64,000 nt of DNA from an uncultured delta proteobacterium (GTDB lineage: Bacteria > Myxococcota > Myxococcia > Myxococcales > Myxococcaceae): positions 1-64,000 of the forward strand of contig CAVZMH010000012.1 in assembly GCA_963776345.1 (NCBI GenBank). Direction: 5' to 3'. Below, piece after piece: positions 9,274 to 19,014 of the stretch. The position numbers and the translations under genes were made by a program. Position 1 is the stretch's first letter. The number at the start of each line of letters is the position of its first letter. Under the pieces are notes generated by a model. The model saw only the letters and a program-made list of their open reading frames with translations, made no database searches and was not told the DNA's origin.

Positions 9274-10611
9274 CTAGGCGATCCGCTTCAGCACGCCGCC
9301 GAGCAGGTCCACCGCCTGCTCGATCTCCGGCCGCTCGATGATCAGCGGCGGCGACAGGGCGATGATGTCCCCGGTGACGCGGACCAGGAGCCCGGCCCGG
9401 AAGGACTCCACCAGCGCCTCGTAGCCGCGCGCACCCACCTTCCCGGGCCGGGGCTCGAGCTCGATGCCCGCCACGAGGCCCAGGTTCCGCACGTCGATGA
9501 CGTGGGGCAGCCCCTTCAGCGAGTGCACCGCGTCCTCCCAGAACTGCGCCAGCGACGCCGCGCGCTCGAACAGGCCCTCGCGCCGGTACAGCTCGAGCGT
9601 GGCCAGCCCCGCCGCGCAGGCCAGCGGATGTCCCGAGTACGTGTACCCGTGGAAGAACTCGATGCCCGACTCGGTCGCGTCCACCACCGACTGGTAGATG
9701 CCCCGGCGCACCACCACCGCCCCCATCGGCACCGCGCCGTTGGTGATGCCCTTGGCCACCGTCATCATGTCCGGCTGGATGCCGAAGTAGTTCGCGCCGA
9801 ACGGCGTCCCCAGCCGCCCGAAGCCGGTGATCACCTCGTCGAAGATGAGGAGGATCCCGTGCGCGTCGCAGATCGCCCGGAGCTTCTCCAGATATCCCTT
9901 CGGCGGAACCAGCACCCCGGTCGACCCGGCCATCGGCTCGACGATGACCGCGGCGATGGTCCGCGCGCCGCGCTCGGAGACGATCTTCTCCAGCGCGTCC
10001 GCCAGGTGCGCCCCCCACGCTGGCTGCCCGCGGCTGAAGGCGTTGTGCTGCAGGTCGTGGGTGTGCGGTAGGTGGTCGACCTGGGGCAGGAGCTGCGCGG
10101 CGAACGCCTTCCGGTTGGGCTCGATGCCCCCCACGCTGATGCCCCCGAAGCCCACGCCATGGTACCCGCGCATCCGGCCCACGAAGCGCACCCGCTCCGG
10201 CTGCCCGCGCGCCTGGTGGTAGGCCAGGGCGATCTTCAGCGCGGAGTCCACCGCTTCCGAGCCCGAATTGGCGAAGAAGACGTGGTCCAGGTCGCCGGGG
10301 GCGAGCGCCGCCACCTCGTGCGCCAGGGCGAAGCTCGCCGGGTGCCCCATCTGGAAGCCGGGCGCGAAGTCGAGCGTGGCCGCCGACCGCTGGATGGCCT
10401 CGACGATGGCCGGCCGGCAGTGCCCGGCGTTCACGCACCACAGGCCCGCGGTGCCGTCGAGGACGACCCGGCCGTCCACGTCCCGGTAGTGCATCCCCGA
10501 GGCGGTGGCCAGCAGGCGGGGCGCCCGCTTGAAGGCCCGGTTGGCGGTGAACGGCATCCAGAGCTCCTCCAGCGAGAGCTCCTGGGCGGCGGCGGTGGGA
10601 GGCAGGGGCAT
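9274..10611 (-). CDS. Class III aminotransferase (omega-amino acid/beta-alanine:pyruvate type)
   Basis: WMPFTANR, SGSEA, GYHG, FDEVITGFGRLG, AKG, HGYTYSGHP motifs. Confidence 0.92.
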   Translation of the reverse strand: MPLPPTAAAQELSLEELWMPFTANRAFKRAPRLLATASGMHYRDVDGRVVLDGTAGLWCVNAGHCRPAIVEAIQRSAATLDFAPGFQMGHPASFALAHEVAALAPGDLDHVFFANSGSEAVDSALKIALAYHQARGQPERVRFVGRMRGYHGVGFGGISVGGIEPNRKAFAAQLLPQVDHLPHTHDLQHNAFSRGQPAWGAHLADALEKIVSERGARTIAAVIVEPMAGSTGVLVPPKGYLEKLRAICDAHGILLIFDEVITGFGRLGTPFGANYFGIQPDMMTVAKGITNGAVPMGAVVVRRGIYQSVVDATESGIEFFHGYTYSGHPLACAAGLATLELYRREGLFERAASLAQFWEDAVHSLKGLPHVIDVRNLGLVAGIELEPRPGKVGARGYEALVESFRAGLLVRVTGDIIALSPPLIIERPEIEQAVDLLGGVLKRIA

Positions 10612-10670
10612 ACGGCGGGCAGAGTCGCCGCTCGCCGAGCCGGGAGCAACCCTGCCGTGGTCCCGAACGC

Positions 10671-12431
10671 TCACGGGAGGATGACCAGCCGGACGCCGCC
10701 CATGAACCACTCGTGGATGGACTTGTTGGCGATGTCCTGACTGGCCGAGGTGCCAGACCCGGAGACCGAGCCCGAGCCGTACTGCCCGATTGAGAAGCTG
10801 ATCCACGGGCCGACCTTCACCGCGGAGCCCAGCGCGAAGTCGAGCCCCGCCTGGAAGTTACCGAACTCCCAGCCGGAGAACTCGAACGTGCCGCCGTTCC
10901 CGCCTCCACCGCTGACGCCGATGCTCAGCTTCTCGTAGCCCGACCCGATGCCGATCCAGGGGTCGAAGCTGGCGTTCCCCAGAGGGTGCCAGTGCACCTC
11001 GCCTCCGAAGCGCAGGGTGGTCGGCGAGCAGCTGAACCCCGTGCCGCAGGTCGCGGCGTCGGTGGAGCCCGCGAACCCGTAGGAGAAGTACGCGCCGAGG
11101 AACCACGACCCGCCGAGCCGCACGCCCACGTCCAGCATCACCGGCACGGTGAAGGACGCGTAGTCGCTCATCTTCGAGCTGATCTGCGTCGTGGCATCCG
11201 GGCTGAACGCATCGCCCATCGGGATCCCGAAGCCGACGCGAAGCGACGCCTCGAAGTGCGTGGCGTTGGGATCCGGCTCGCCGCTCGCCGCCGGAGTCGC
11301 CGCCGCGCCTGCTGCCGGCGTCGTCCCCGCGGCCGCTGCCCCGGCGGCACCCACGGCTGCGCCCGCCGCGACGGCAGCGGCCGCCGGCAGAGGCTTGGCG
11401 CCCGGACCCTTCGTCACCTCGACCGGAGGCGCCGCCTCGCCGCCGGTGGTGGCCCAGTCCGCGAGCAACGCCAGGGCCTCGGTGCTCGGCGCGCCGGGCT
11501 GCACCTTCACCCGCGCCTCGCGGACGTCCTGCCCCTGCGCGTTGGCCGAGGTCGCCACCACGAAGCTGTCCTCGCCCGCCGACTCCGGATGCACCCCGAC
11601 GATGCGCGAGGTCCCGGTGAGCCTGACCACGCGGGCGAGCGCCGGGCTCACGTCGGTCGCCTCGACGCACGGGCCCCCGTCCGGGTAGACAGCCCCCTCC
11701 ACCGCGGCGCTCAGCTCCACCGGCGCGGAGGGAACGGTGATGGTCCGGACCGCGCCCCGGTGTCCCCAGTCCGCCTCCACCCGGTACTCGCCTGGCGGAA
11801 CGCGCACGCTCACCGGACCGACGCCCACCTTCCGCCCGCCCACGTACACCGGCTTGCCCGCCGGAGAGGTGGTGACGTCCAGGCGCGCGGTGCTCTTCTT
11901 CTTCGCCGCCTTCCGCACCTTGTCCGCCCACTTCTGGAACGAGGGCGGGTAGAGGCTGGTGTCCGGGCGGTAGTCCGGCTCGACGCGGAACACCCGGTTC
12001 AGCGCCGCCTCGGCGCCCTTGGCGTCGGTCTTCTGGAGGATCAGCGCGCGCAGGGTCAGCCCGTCGCGCTCCGCGGCCCAGCGCGCCTCCGACGGCGCGA
12101 GGCGGCCGACGTCGTCCAGCGCGCCCTGCAAGGTGGTCTTCGCCTGCGCCGGGTCGCTCCCGTAGAACTCGCTGCGCGCCGAGTTGATGGCCCCGGTCAC
12201 CGTGGCCAGCGTGCGCTCGGTGGTCCCGCCGAACGGCTGCGCCGTCTCGGCCTCGGACGACACCGCGGAGCCCGGCTTCGCGGCCAGAGTCGAGCGGAAG
12301 CTCCGGGCGGCGATCGCGCTCGCCTCGTCGCACTTCCCGACCGCGATCACCGCCGTCCGATCATCCGCGGCCAGCGCTCCGGTGCTCGCGAGCAGCAGGA
12401 CCGTTCCGACGAACCGCCGCGCTTCGCTCAT
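10671..12431 (-). CDS. PEGA-domain protein with C-terminal outer-membrane beta-barrel
   Basis: Signal peptide; helical region; PEGA-like LDVTTSPAGKPVYVGG; Ala linker; alternating aromatic beta-strands. Confidence 0.8.
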   Translation of the reverse strand: MSEARRFVGTVLLLASTGALAADDRTAVIAVGKCDEASAIAARSFRSTLAAKPGSAVSSEAETAQPFGGTTERTLATVTGAINSARSEFYGSDPAQAKTTLQGALDDVGRLAPSEARWAAERDGLTLRALILQKTDAKGAEAALNRVFRVEPDYRPDTSLYPPSFQKWADKVRKAAKKKSTARLDVTTSPAGKPVYVGGRKVGVGPVSVRVPPGEYRVEADWGHRGAVRTITVPSAPVELSAAVEGAVYPDGGPCVEATDVSPALARVVRLTGTSRIVGVHPESAGEDSFVVATSANAQGQDVREARVKVQPGAPSTEALALLADWATTGGEAAPPVEVTKGPGAKPLPAAAAVAAGAAVGAAGAAAAGTTPAAGAAATPAASGEPDPNATHFEASLRVGFGIPMGDAFSPDATTQISSKMSDYASFTVPVMLDVGVRLGGSWFLGAYFSYGFAGSTDAATCGTGFSCSPTTLRFGGEVHWHPLGNASFDPWIGIGSGYEKLSIGVSGGGGNGGTFEFSGWEFGNFQAGLDFALGSAVKVGPWISFSIGQYGSGSVSGSGTSASQDIANKSIHEWFMGGVRLVILP

Positions 12432-12630
12432 CGCTTCCCTCCCCTGTCCGAGCGAAGGCGGATGCTACCCCGGCCCCCCGTCCGGACGCCCGCGCAAACC
12501 TCGTGCTTCCGGGCACCTCGGCCGGCATGCTCTCCTGCACCGGGCCCCCCACCGGACGGCCCCGGCCGTGTGCACCCTCTCGGCCGGGACACGGAGCCGC
12601 TGCCCCCCGCTCGTCCCAGGAGAACCGACC

Positions 12631-13725
12631 GTGGTCTCTCGACGCCTCTTCCTCTCCTCCGCCGCGCTTGCCCCGTTCGCCGCGTCCGGTGGACCCGCCG
12701 GCGCCGGAGGTGGCCCGGCCGGGCAACGGCCGGTCGTCGTCGGCTCGGCCAACGGGCTGAAGGCGGCGGAGCTGGCGCTGGAGCGCATTCGCGCGGGCGT
12801 GGACCCCCTCGACGCGGTCATCGCCGGGGTGAACCTGGTCGAGGACGACCCGAAGGACATGAGCGTGGGCTACGGCGGCATCCCCAACGAGGACGGGGTG
12901 GTGCAGCTGGACAGCTGCGTGATGCACGGGCCGACGGCGCGGGCCGGGGCGGTGGCCTCGCTGGAGGGCATCAAGAACCCGAGCCGGGTGGCGAGGGCGG
13001 TGATGGAGAGCACCGACCACATCCTCCTGGTCGGCCCCGGCGCCCGCCGCTTCGCGGAGATGAACGGGTTCCCGGTGGAGAACCTCCTCACCGACAAGGC
13101 GCGCAAGGTCTGGCTCTACTGGAAGCAGAACCTCTCGGCGAAGGACAAGTGGCTCGAGCCGGACCCGTCGAAGCTCGACCCCGAGGTGCAGGAGTTCATC
13201 CGCGAGTACGGACGCGACCCGTTCCGCGACCCGCGCAGCCACGGGACGGTGCACCTCTCGGCGTGCGACGGCCGGGGAGACCTCGCGGGCTGCACCAGCA
13301 CCAGCGGGCTCTTCTTCAAGATGCCCGGCCGGGTGGGCGACTCGCCGCTGATCGGCGCGGGCTGCTTCGTGGACAACGCAGTGGGGGCGGCGGGGAGCAC
13401 CGGGCGGGGCGAGGCCAACATCCTCGTCTCCGGCGGGCACCTCATCGTGGAGCGGATGCGCGCCGGCCGCTCGCCGAAGGACGCCTGCCTCGACGCGCTC
13501 CGCCGCATCGCCGAGACCACCAAGGAGAAGCGCCTGCTCGACGACCGGGGGCGCCCGGCGTTCCCCATCAGCTTCTACGCGGTCTCGAAGTCCGGCGCGT
13601 ACGGCATGGCGTCGATGTGGAGCACGCGCCCGTCGGGGAAGCCGTCGCAGTTCGCGGTGGCGGACGCCCGAGGCGCACGGCTGGAGAACGCGGCGTACCT
13701 CTACGAGGGGATGCCGACGATCTAG
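12631..13725 (+). CDS. N(4)-(beta-N-acetylglucosaminyl)-L-asparaginase (Ntn hydrolase), Tat-exported
   Basis: AGGAG RBS, GTG start; SRRLFL Tat motif; SVGYGG, HGTV nucleophile Thr, PGRVGDSP, STGRGE. Confidence 0.9.
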   Translation: MVSRRLFLSSAALAPFAASGGPAGAGGGPAGQRPVVVGSANGLKAAELALERIRAGVDPLDAVIAGVNLVEDDPKDMSVGYGGIPNEDGVVQLDSCVMHGPTARAGAVASLEGIKNPSRVARAVMESTDHILLVGPGARRFAEMNGFPVENLLTDKARKVWLYWKQNLSAKDKWLEPDPSKLDPEVQEFIREYGRDPFRDPRSHGTVHLSACDGRGDLAGCTSTSGLFFKMPGRVGDSPLIGAGCFVDNAVGAAGSTGRGEANILVSGGHLIVERMRAGRSPKDACLDALRRIAETTKEKRLLDDRGRPAFPISFYAVSKSGAYGMASMWSTRPSGKPSQFAVADARGARLENAAYLYEGMPTI

Positions 13726-13811
13726 GTGACGCACTGGTCCAGGCCCTCCGCCAGGCGGGACTGCACCGATGGTTGCCGGCGCGGGCGACTTCTGGTGTGA
13801 GAGGAGGCCCC

Positions 13812-15023
13812 GTGAAGCGCTCGCCGCTCCTCCCCATCTTCCTCATCGTCCTGGCCGACATCCTCGGGCTGACGATCATCCTCCCGCTGCTCCCGTTCTA
13901 CGCGGAGAAGCTGGGGGCGAGCCCGACGGCAGTGGGGCTCCTGGTCTCGGCGTATGCGTTTTGCCAGCTCCTGAGCGGGCCCTTCCTCGGCCGCTGGAGC
14001 GACCGGACCGGGCGGAAGCCGCTGCTCATCCTCTCGCAGCTCGGGACCTTCGCCTCGCGGCTGCTGCTGGCGTTCTCCGGGACGCTCTGGCTGGTCTACC
14101 TGGCGCGGATCATCGATGGCCTCACCGCAGGAAATCTCGTACTGGCGCAGGCCTACATCTCGGACGTCACCGAGCCCGAGAACCGGACGCGATCCTTCGC
14201 CGTCATCGGGATCAGCTTCGGCATCGGGTTCCTGCTCGGGCCGGCCATCTCCGGCGCTCTCTCCGGCTTCGGGCTGGCGGTGCCGATCCTCCTCTCGGCC
14301 GGGCTCTCGGCGGTGAGCATCCTCGCGACCATCTTCCTCCTGCCGGACACCAAGCCGGTGGTGGAGAAGGACGCCGCCGGGCCGGCAGGGCGCCGGCTCT
14401 CGCTCCTCGCCTGGCGCGAGTACGGGCAGTACTTCCAGCGGCCCGGGCTCTCCCGCCTCCTGCTCGAGTACTTCTGCTTCGTGATGGCCTTCGCCGCGTT
14501 CACCGGCGGGCTGGCCCTCTTCCTCGAGCGGCGACTCACCTGGAACGGACGGCCGTTCCACGCGCGCGAGGTGGGCTTCGTCTTCGCCTACGCGGGCTTC
14601 CTCGGCATCTTCGTCCAGAGCTTCCTCGGGCGGCTGGCGAGGCGCTTCGGCGAGCCATGGCTGGTCGCCGCGGGGTTCGCCTCGATGACCGTGGGCTACG
14701 GGCTGCTCGCGGGAGTGCACATGCTCCCGCTCCTGCTCGTCGCCGGCGTGTTCAGCTCCTTCGGCACCGGCGTGCTCCGGCCGGCGCTGACCAGCCTGGT
14801 GACGCAGGCGGTGGCGAGGAACGAGCAGGGCGTGGTGCTGGGGCTGAACACCTCCATCCAGTCGGTCGCGCAGATCGTCGGACCGGCCATCGCCGGCCTG
14901 CTCATCGACCACGGGCTGCTGGCGGCCTGGGCCCTGTTCTGCGCCGGGTGCGCGCTGGTGGGTCTGGTCGTTCAGCGGTCGGCGCCGGCGACGACGGGTG
15001 GCGCGGAACCCGCCCGCACCTGA
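13812..15023 (+). CDS. MFS transporter, DHA1/TetA-like
   Basis: GGAGG RBS; motif A GRWSDRTGRKP; about 12 TM helices; motif C GFLLGPAISG. Confidence 0.92.
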   Translation: MKRSPLLPIFLIVLADILGLTIILPLLPFYAEKLGASPTAVGLLVSAYAFCQLLSGPFLGRWSDRTGRKPLLILSQLGTFASRLLLAFSGTLWLVYLARIIDGLTAGNLVLAQAYISDVTEPENRTRSFAVIGISFGIGFLLGPAISGALSGFGLAVPILLSAGLSAVSILATIFLLPDTKPVVEKDAAGPAGRRLSLLAWREYGQYFQRPGLSRLLLEYFCFVMAFAAFTGGLALFLERRLTWNGRPFHAREVGFVFAYAGFLGIFVQSFLGRLARRFGEPWLVAAGFASMTVGYGLLAGVHMLPLLLVAGVFSSFGTGVLRPALTSLVTQAVARNEQGVVLGLNTSIQSVAQIVGPAIAGLLIDHGLLAAWALFCAGCALVGLVVQRSAPATTGGAEPART

Positions 15024-15070
15024 GCCAGGTTCGGCTAGGATTGCCCGGCGAACTTCCCGGAGGGGGGCCG

Positions 15071-15544
15071 ATGCGGAACGTTGGTCTGGCGGTGGTCGCG
15101 AGCGTCCTGGTGACCGGGTGCGCCACGCCGCAGATCGTGCACGACCGGAGCGGGGCGCGGACCACGCTCGAGGGCCTGAAGGGGCATGCCGTCGTCCTGA
15201 CATTCTGGGCCGACTACTGCCGGCCCTGCCTCGCCCAGATGCCCGTGGTCCTGGACTCCGTCGCCACGTACGGAGATCAGGTGGTCTTCTTGCCGGTGTT
15301 CGCGAAGGAGAAGCCGGGGCACACGCTCGACGGCTGGCTGCAGGGCCAGCCGGAGTGGTTCCGGGAGCAGATCTGCTGGGCCAACGAGCCGTTCCTGCTG
15401 AACTACGATCGCACGGCGATGCCCCGGACGTACGTCTACGGACGGAACGGCAAGCTGGTGGAACAGTTCGAGGGAATGATCGACCAGCAGCGGGCACCGA
15501 TCTTCCAGGCCAGCCTGCTGCGCGCGCTCGCCGCGACGAAGTAG
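15071..15544 (+). CDS. TlpA-like thioredoxin-fold lipoprotein
   Basis: Lipobox VTGC; FWADYCRPC; MPRTYV cis-Pro loop. Confidence 0.85.
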   Translation: MRNVGLAVVASVLVTGCATPQIVHDRSGARTTLEGLKGHAVVLTFWADYCRPCLAQMPVVLDSVATYGDQVVFLPVFAKEKPGHTLDGWLQGQPEWFREQICWANEPFLLNYDRTAMPRTYVYGRNGKLVEQFEGMIDQQRAPIFQASLLRALAATK

Positions 15545-15550
15545 CGGCGC

Positions 15551-16054
15551 TCAGGGAAGCGCGGCGAGCGTGGCCAGGTAGAGCTCACGGTCCGCGGCCG
15601 AGAACACCGCGGCGACGACCCGGTCGAACTCCGCCGCCCGGCTCCGCATCACCTCGAGCGCGATGCGGGCCGCCGCCTCGCGTGGGAACCCGTACAGACC
15701 GGTGGAGATGGCCGGAAAGGCGATGGAGCGGACGGTCGGCTCGGCGCGTGCGACCTCGAACGCCGACTGGTACGTCCGTCGCAGCAGCTCGGGCTCGCCG
15801 CATCCACCGCCCTCCCAGACCGGGCCGACGGCGTGGATGACGAACCGCGCGGGAAGCTGGAACCCCGGGGTGAGCACCGCCTGCCCGGTGGGGCAGCGGT
15901 CGAGACGCCTGCAGGCCGCGAGCAGCTCGGGGCCGGCCGCGCGGTGGATCGCCCCGTCGACCCCGCCACCCCCGCGGAGTGAGCTGTTCGCCGCGTTGAC
16001 GATCGCGTCCACGGCGAGGGTGGTGATGTCGGCCTGGAGGACCTCGACGTTCAC
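15551..16054 (-). CDS. ymdB: Macro-domain protein (O-acetyl-ADP-ribose deacetylase, YmdB-like)
   Basis: DAIVNAAN, GGGGVDGAIH, IHAVGP, SIAFPAISTGLYGFP. Confidence 0.92.
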   Translation of the reverse strand: MNVEVLQADITTLAVDAIVNAANSSLRGGGGVDGAIHRAAGPELLAACRRLDRCPTGQAVLTPGFQLPARFVIHAVGPVWEGGGCGEPELLRRTYQSAFEVARAEPTVRSIAFPAISTGLYGFPREAAARIALEVMRSRAAEFDRVVAAVFSAADRELYLATLAALP

Positions 16055-16095
16055 GGTGCCCTCGGGCCTCGATCCAGTAGCGGCGCGCGAGCCGC

Positions 16096-16788
16096 TCAGG
16101 TCGATCGGGTGAAGACCTGCCCCTGGCTCATCCGGTAGGAGTTCTCGCGGATCAGCTCGCGGAGCGCGCGGGGATCCTGGATCCCCCGCATCGCCAGCCG
16201 CGGGGTGCTGCGGTCCGAGGCGACGATCCAGACCGTGCCGATGCCCTGCAGCCGCTCGAGCGGCGACTGCGAGAAGCCCGAGTCGTCCACGGTGCGGAGA
16301 TCCACCTCGTCCAGCGCGCGGCTCAGGATGCCCTTCTCCACCACCAGCCGCTGGCTGGTGAGCCGGTACTTCGTGCTCCGGAGCCGCATCACCGAGATCG
16401 ACAGCACCACCGTCCGGATGACGAGATAGGCGCCGATGACCAGGATGAGGATGAGCGTGGCCGGCGACCCGTCGCGCGGGCCGCGGCCGCCCTTCCCCGC
16501 CGAGAGGTCCTCGAAGAACGAGACCGCCACCGGGTGCACCAGGATGGCGGCGACGATGGCCGCCGCCGCGATCACCAGGGTCCGGAGCACCTGGACCAGG
16601 AGCAGCTTCAGCGACGGCGTCCCCTCCCAGACCACGGTCTCGGCGCGGCGGACGCCCTCCTGGGTGGTGGCATCGCCCACCGCGGCGAACCGCGCCGGTG
16701 CGGCCTGCCGTGCGTAGCCGCAGCTCGGGCAGGACGGCGCCTGGGTGGACATCGGCTTCCCGCACTCCGGACAGGGGACGAGCGCCAT
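16096..16788 (-). CDS. Zinc-ribbon + bacterial PH-domain membrane protein
   Basis: CPECG..CPSCG; two TM helices; YRLTSQRLVVEKGIL and ERLQGIGTV. Confidence 0.85.
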   Translation of the reverse strand: MALVPCPECGKPMSTQAPSCPSCGYARQAAPARFAAVGDATTQEGVRRAETVVWEGTPSLKLLLVQVLRTLVIAAAAIVAAILVHPVAVSFFEDLSAGKGGRGPRDGSPATLILILVIGAYLVIRTVVLSISVMRLRSTKYRLTSQRLVVEKGILSRALDEVDLRTVDDSGFSQSPLERLQGIGTVWIVASDRSTPRLAMRGIQDPRALRELIRENSYRMSQGQVFTRST

Positions 16789-16852
16789 TCGTGCGGGCCA
16801 GTCTGCCGCATCCGGGGCGGCGTTGCAGCGGTGGGGTACGCTCCCGCGCGGG

Positions 16853-17641
16853 ATGAGACAGCCCGGGACCGGGGTCCTCAATGCTCGGCGTGCCGCTCCC
16901 CCGGACGCCGAGTCGCTCGACGAGCTCCGGCTCCGGCTGATCGCGGTGCCGGCCGCGCTCCTCGTCGCGGCGTGGTTCTCCCACGGCCAGCTGGGGCACG
17001 CGTTCCAGCGCCTGCTCTTCGGCATGCCGCTGCACGAGCTCGGGCACGCCCTCACGGCGCTGCTTCTCGGGTTTCCCGCCTTTCCGCTGCCCTGGCGGAC
17101 GCCGATGGCCGAGGCACGGTCCCCGGTGCTGGTCCTGATGCTGCTCGGCCTCGCGTCGGCGCTGGTCGTCCTCGGCAGACGGGCAGGACGGAGGGACCGG
17201 GTCTCCGGAGGGGCGACGCTGGGCGCGCTGGTGCTGCTCGGCCTCCTGGCTTCCGAGGCGCAGGCCCGGGCGCTGATCGTCTTCGGAGGCGACGCCGGTG
17301 CGCTGGTCCTCGGCGCCCTCCTGGTCTCCACCATGTTCGCGGCGCCGTCGTCGCCGCTCCGCCGAGGGGGGCTCCGCTGGGGATTGCTGGTCATCGGAGC
17401 GGCCGCCTTCTCCGACGTCGCTTCCAGCTGGTGGGCGGCCTGGCGCGATCCGGGGGAGATTCCCTTCGGGCAGTTCGAGGGCGGTGGCCTCTCCGACGCG
17501 AGCGCGCTCGTCGAGACATACCGATGGAGCGAACACGCCCTCGTCCAGCGCTACCTGGCCGTGGCCACCATGAGCCTGCTCGTGCTGGTGGTCGTCTGGG
17601 TCGTCCGGGCGCTGCGTCCGGTACTGCAAGCCCGCGGCTGA
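16853..17641 (+). CDS. Membrane protein with HExxH motif (M50-like metalloprotease)
   Basis: LHELGH in TM context; later SD motif; multiple TM helices. Confidence 0.7.
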   Translation: MRQPGTGVLNARRAAPPDAESLDELRLRLIAVPAALLVAAWFSHGQLGHAFQRLLFGMPLHELGHALTALLLGFPAFPLPWRTPMAEARSPVLVLMLLGLASALVVLGRRAGRRDRVSGGATLGALVLLGLLASEAQARALIVFGGDAGALVLGALLVSTMFAAPSSPLRRGGLRWGLLVIGAAAFSDVASSWWAAWRDPGEIPFGQFEGGGLSDASALVETYRWSEHALVQRYLAVATMSLLVLVVVWVVRALRPVLQARG

Positions 17642-17695
17642 TCCTCACGGAGCTCCGGTCGGGGGTTGTTGGCGCCATGAGCTGCAGCGGCTGCC

Positions 17696-18553
17696 TCACG
17701 CTGCCGAACGGAGGTCTCCCTCGCGTGGCCGCCCGAGCCGCTCCCCGCGCGCCACCGCGCCGACGATCCGCGCGAGCTGCTCCACGCCCTCGGTGAGCGC
17801 CGCCGGACCCGGCTGGAGGATGACCGGGCTCTTGATCTCGTAGAGCTGGTCGTCCACCACCGCGCGCACCCTGGCCCAGCCCGGCCGGGCGCGGATCTTC
17901 TCCGGCTTCGCCTTCCGCCCGCACCAGCTCGCCACCACCCCCTCCGGGTCGCGCCTGGCCACCTCCTCGGGCGCGAAGATGCGTCCCTGCGCCCCGTGGC
18001 TCGCCCGGCTCTCGGCGCAGACGTCCACCCCGCCCACCAGCTCCAGGAGCTCGCTGCACCAGCGGATGCCGCTGATCAAGGGCTCGTGCCACTCCTCGAA
18101 GAACATCCGCGGCCGGCGCGGCAGCGACGCCCCCGCCTCGGCATACCGCGCAAGCCCTGCGCCGAGCCGGCTGGCCAGCGCGTCGGCCTCCTGGCCCCGA
18201 CCGACGAGCGCGCCGGTCAGCCGCACGGCCTGGAGGATCTCCGCCACGCTCCGCTGGTTGAAGAGGTGCACCGGCACGCCGCGCTTGCACAGCTCGCGGC
18301 CGATGTCCGCCTGGAGGTCCGAGAAGCCAAGCACCAGGTCCGGCCGGAGCTCGAGGATCCGCTCGAAGTTCGCGTCGAGGAACGAGCTCACCCGCGGCTT
18401 CTTCCGGGCCTCCGGCGGCCGCACCACGAACCCGGACACGCCCACCACCAGCTCGCCCGCGCCGAGGAGGTAGAGCGTCTCCACGGTCTCCTCCGTCAGG
18501 CACACCACCCGCCGCGGCCAGGGCGGCGCGGACGTCAGGAGCGGATCGAGCAT
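17696..18553 (-). CDS. BtuF/TroA-like substrate-binding-fold protein without signal peptide
   Basis: RRVVCLTEETVETLYLLG, LRPDLV, ASWCG, ILQPGP. Confidence 0.88.
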   Translation of the reverse strand: MLDPLLTSAPPWPRRVVCLTEETVETLYLLGAGELVVGVSGFVVRPPEARKKPRVSSFLDANFERILELRPDLVLGFSDLQADIGRELCKRGVPVHLFNQRSVAEILQAVRLTGALVGRGQEADALASRLGAGLARYAEAGASLPRRPRMFFEEWHEPLISGIRWCSELLELVGGVDVCAESRASHGAQGRIFAPEEVARRDPEGVVASWCGRKAKPEKIRARPGWARVRAVVDDQLYEIKSPVILQPGPAALTEGVEQLARIVGAVARGERLGRPREGDLRSAA

Positions 18554-18686
18554 CACCGGCCGAGTGTTGCCCCGGCGTCCAGCCAAGGTCGAGCGCTGCC
18601 CGAAGGATCAGGTGGCACCCGACAAACGCATGCTTATACGAGTGTTTGCTCCCTCTGGATGGCTCGAGGGAGCGGAGGTGTCTTCG

Positions 18687-18875
18687 ATGGAGAAGAGCAA
18701 GAACTGGGCTGCGGATGCTGCACGGGTGGCGATGACCCAGAAGCACGAGGTCGCGTACTGGACCAAGAAGTGGGGCATCACCGAGGAGCAGCTCGCGGCG
18801 GCCCACAAGGTCGCGGGGCCGATGGCAGACAAGATCGAGGCCCATCTGAAGCAGACGGGCGTGATCAAGGCCTAG
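18687..18875 (+). CDS. DUF3606-family small protein
   Basis: GGAGG RBS; HEVAYWTKKWGITEEQLAAA..VAG pattern. Confidence 0.8.
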   Translation: MEKSKNWAADAARVAMTQKHEVAYWTKKWGITEEQLAAAHKVAGPMADKIEAHLKQTGVIKA

Positions 18876-19014
18876 GCGTCTCAACGGCGGCGGTCACGGG
18901 CGCGATGAGTTCGTGCCCGTGCGGCCGCGGCCGTGCCCGAGATGGGCCACGCGCCGGGGCCCGTCACGAGGAAGGCCGGCGTCCACCAGCCCGGCGACCA
19001 GAACCGGCGAGCGC

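Noticed and set aside
10986..15023. 1345-aa ORF
   Set aside because: Only the last part (from 13812) is the MFS protein; the rest is a stop-free shadow frame over real genes, common at high GC
13812..15023. Acquired tetracycline resistance gene
   Set aside because: Generic DHA1 MFS protein with host-like codon usage, no tetR and no mobile context; substrate cannot be inferred
18554..18686. Cobalamin riboswitch or sigma54 site near the BtuF-like gene
   Set aside because: The region is too short, no B12-box is recognisable, and the TGGCAC lacks GG-N10-GC spacing
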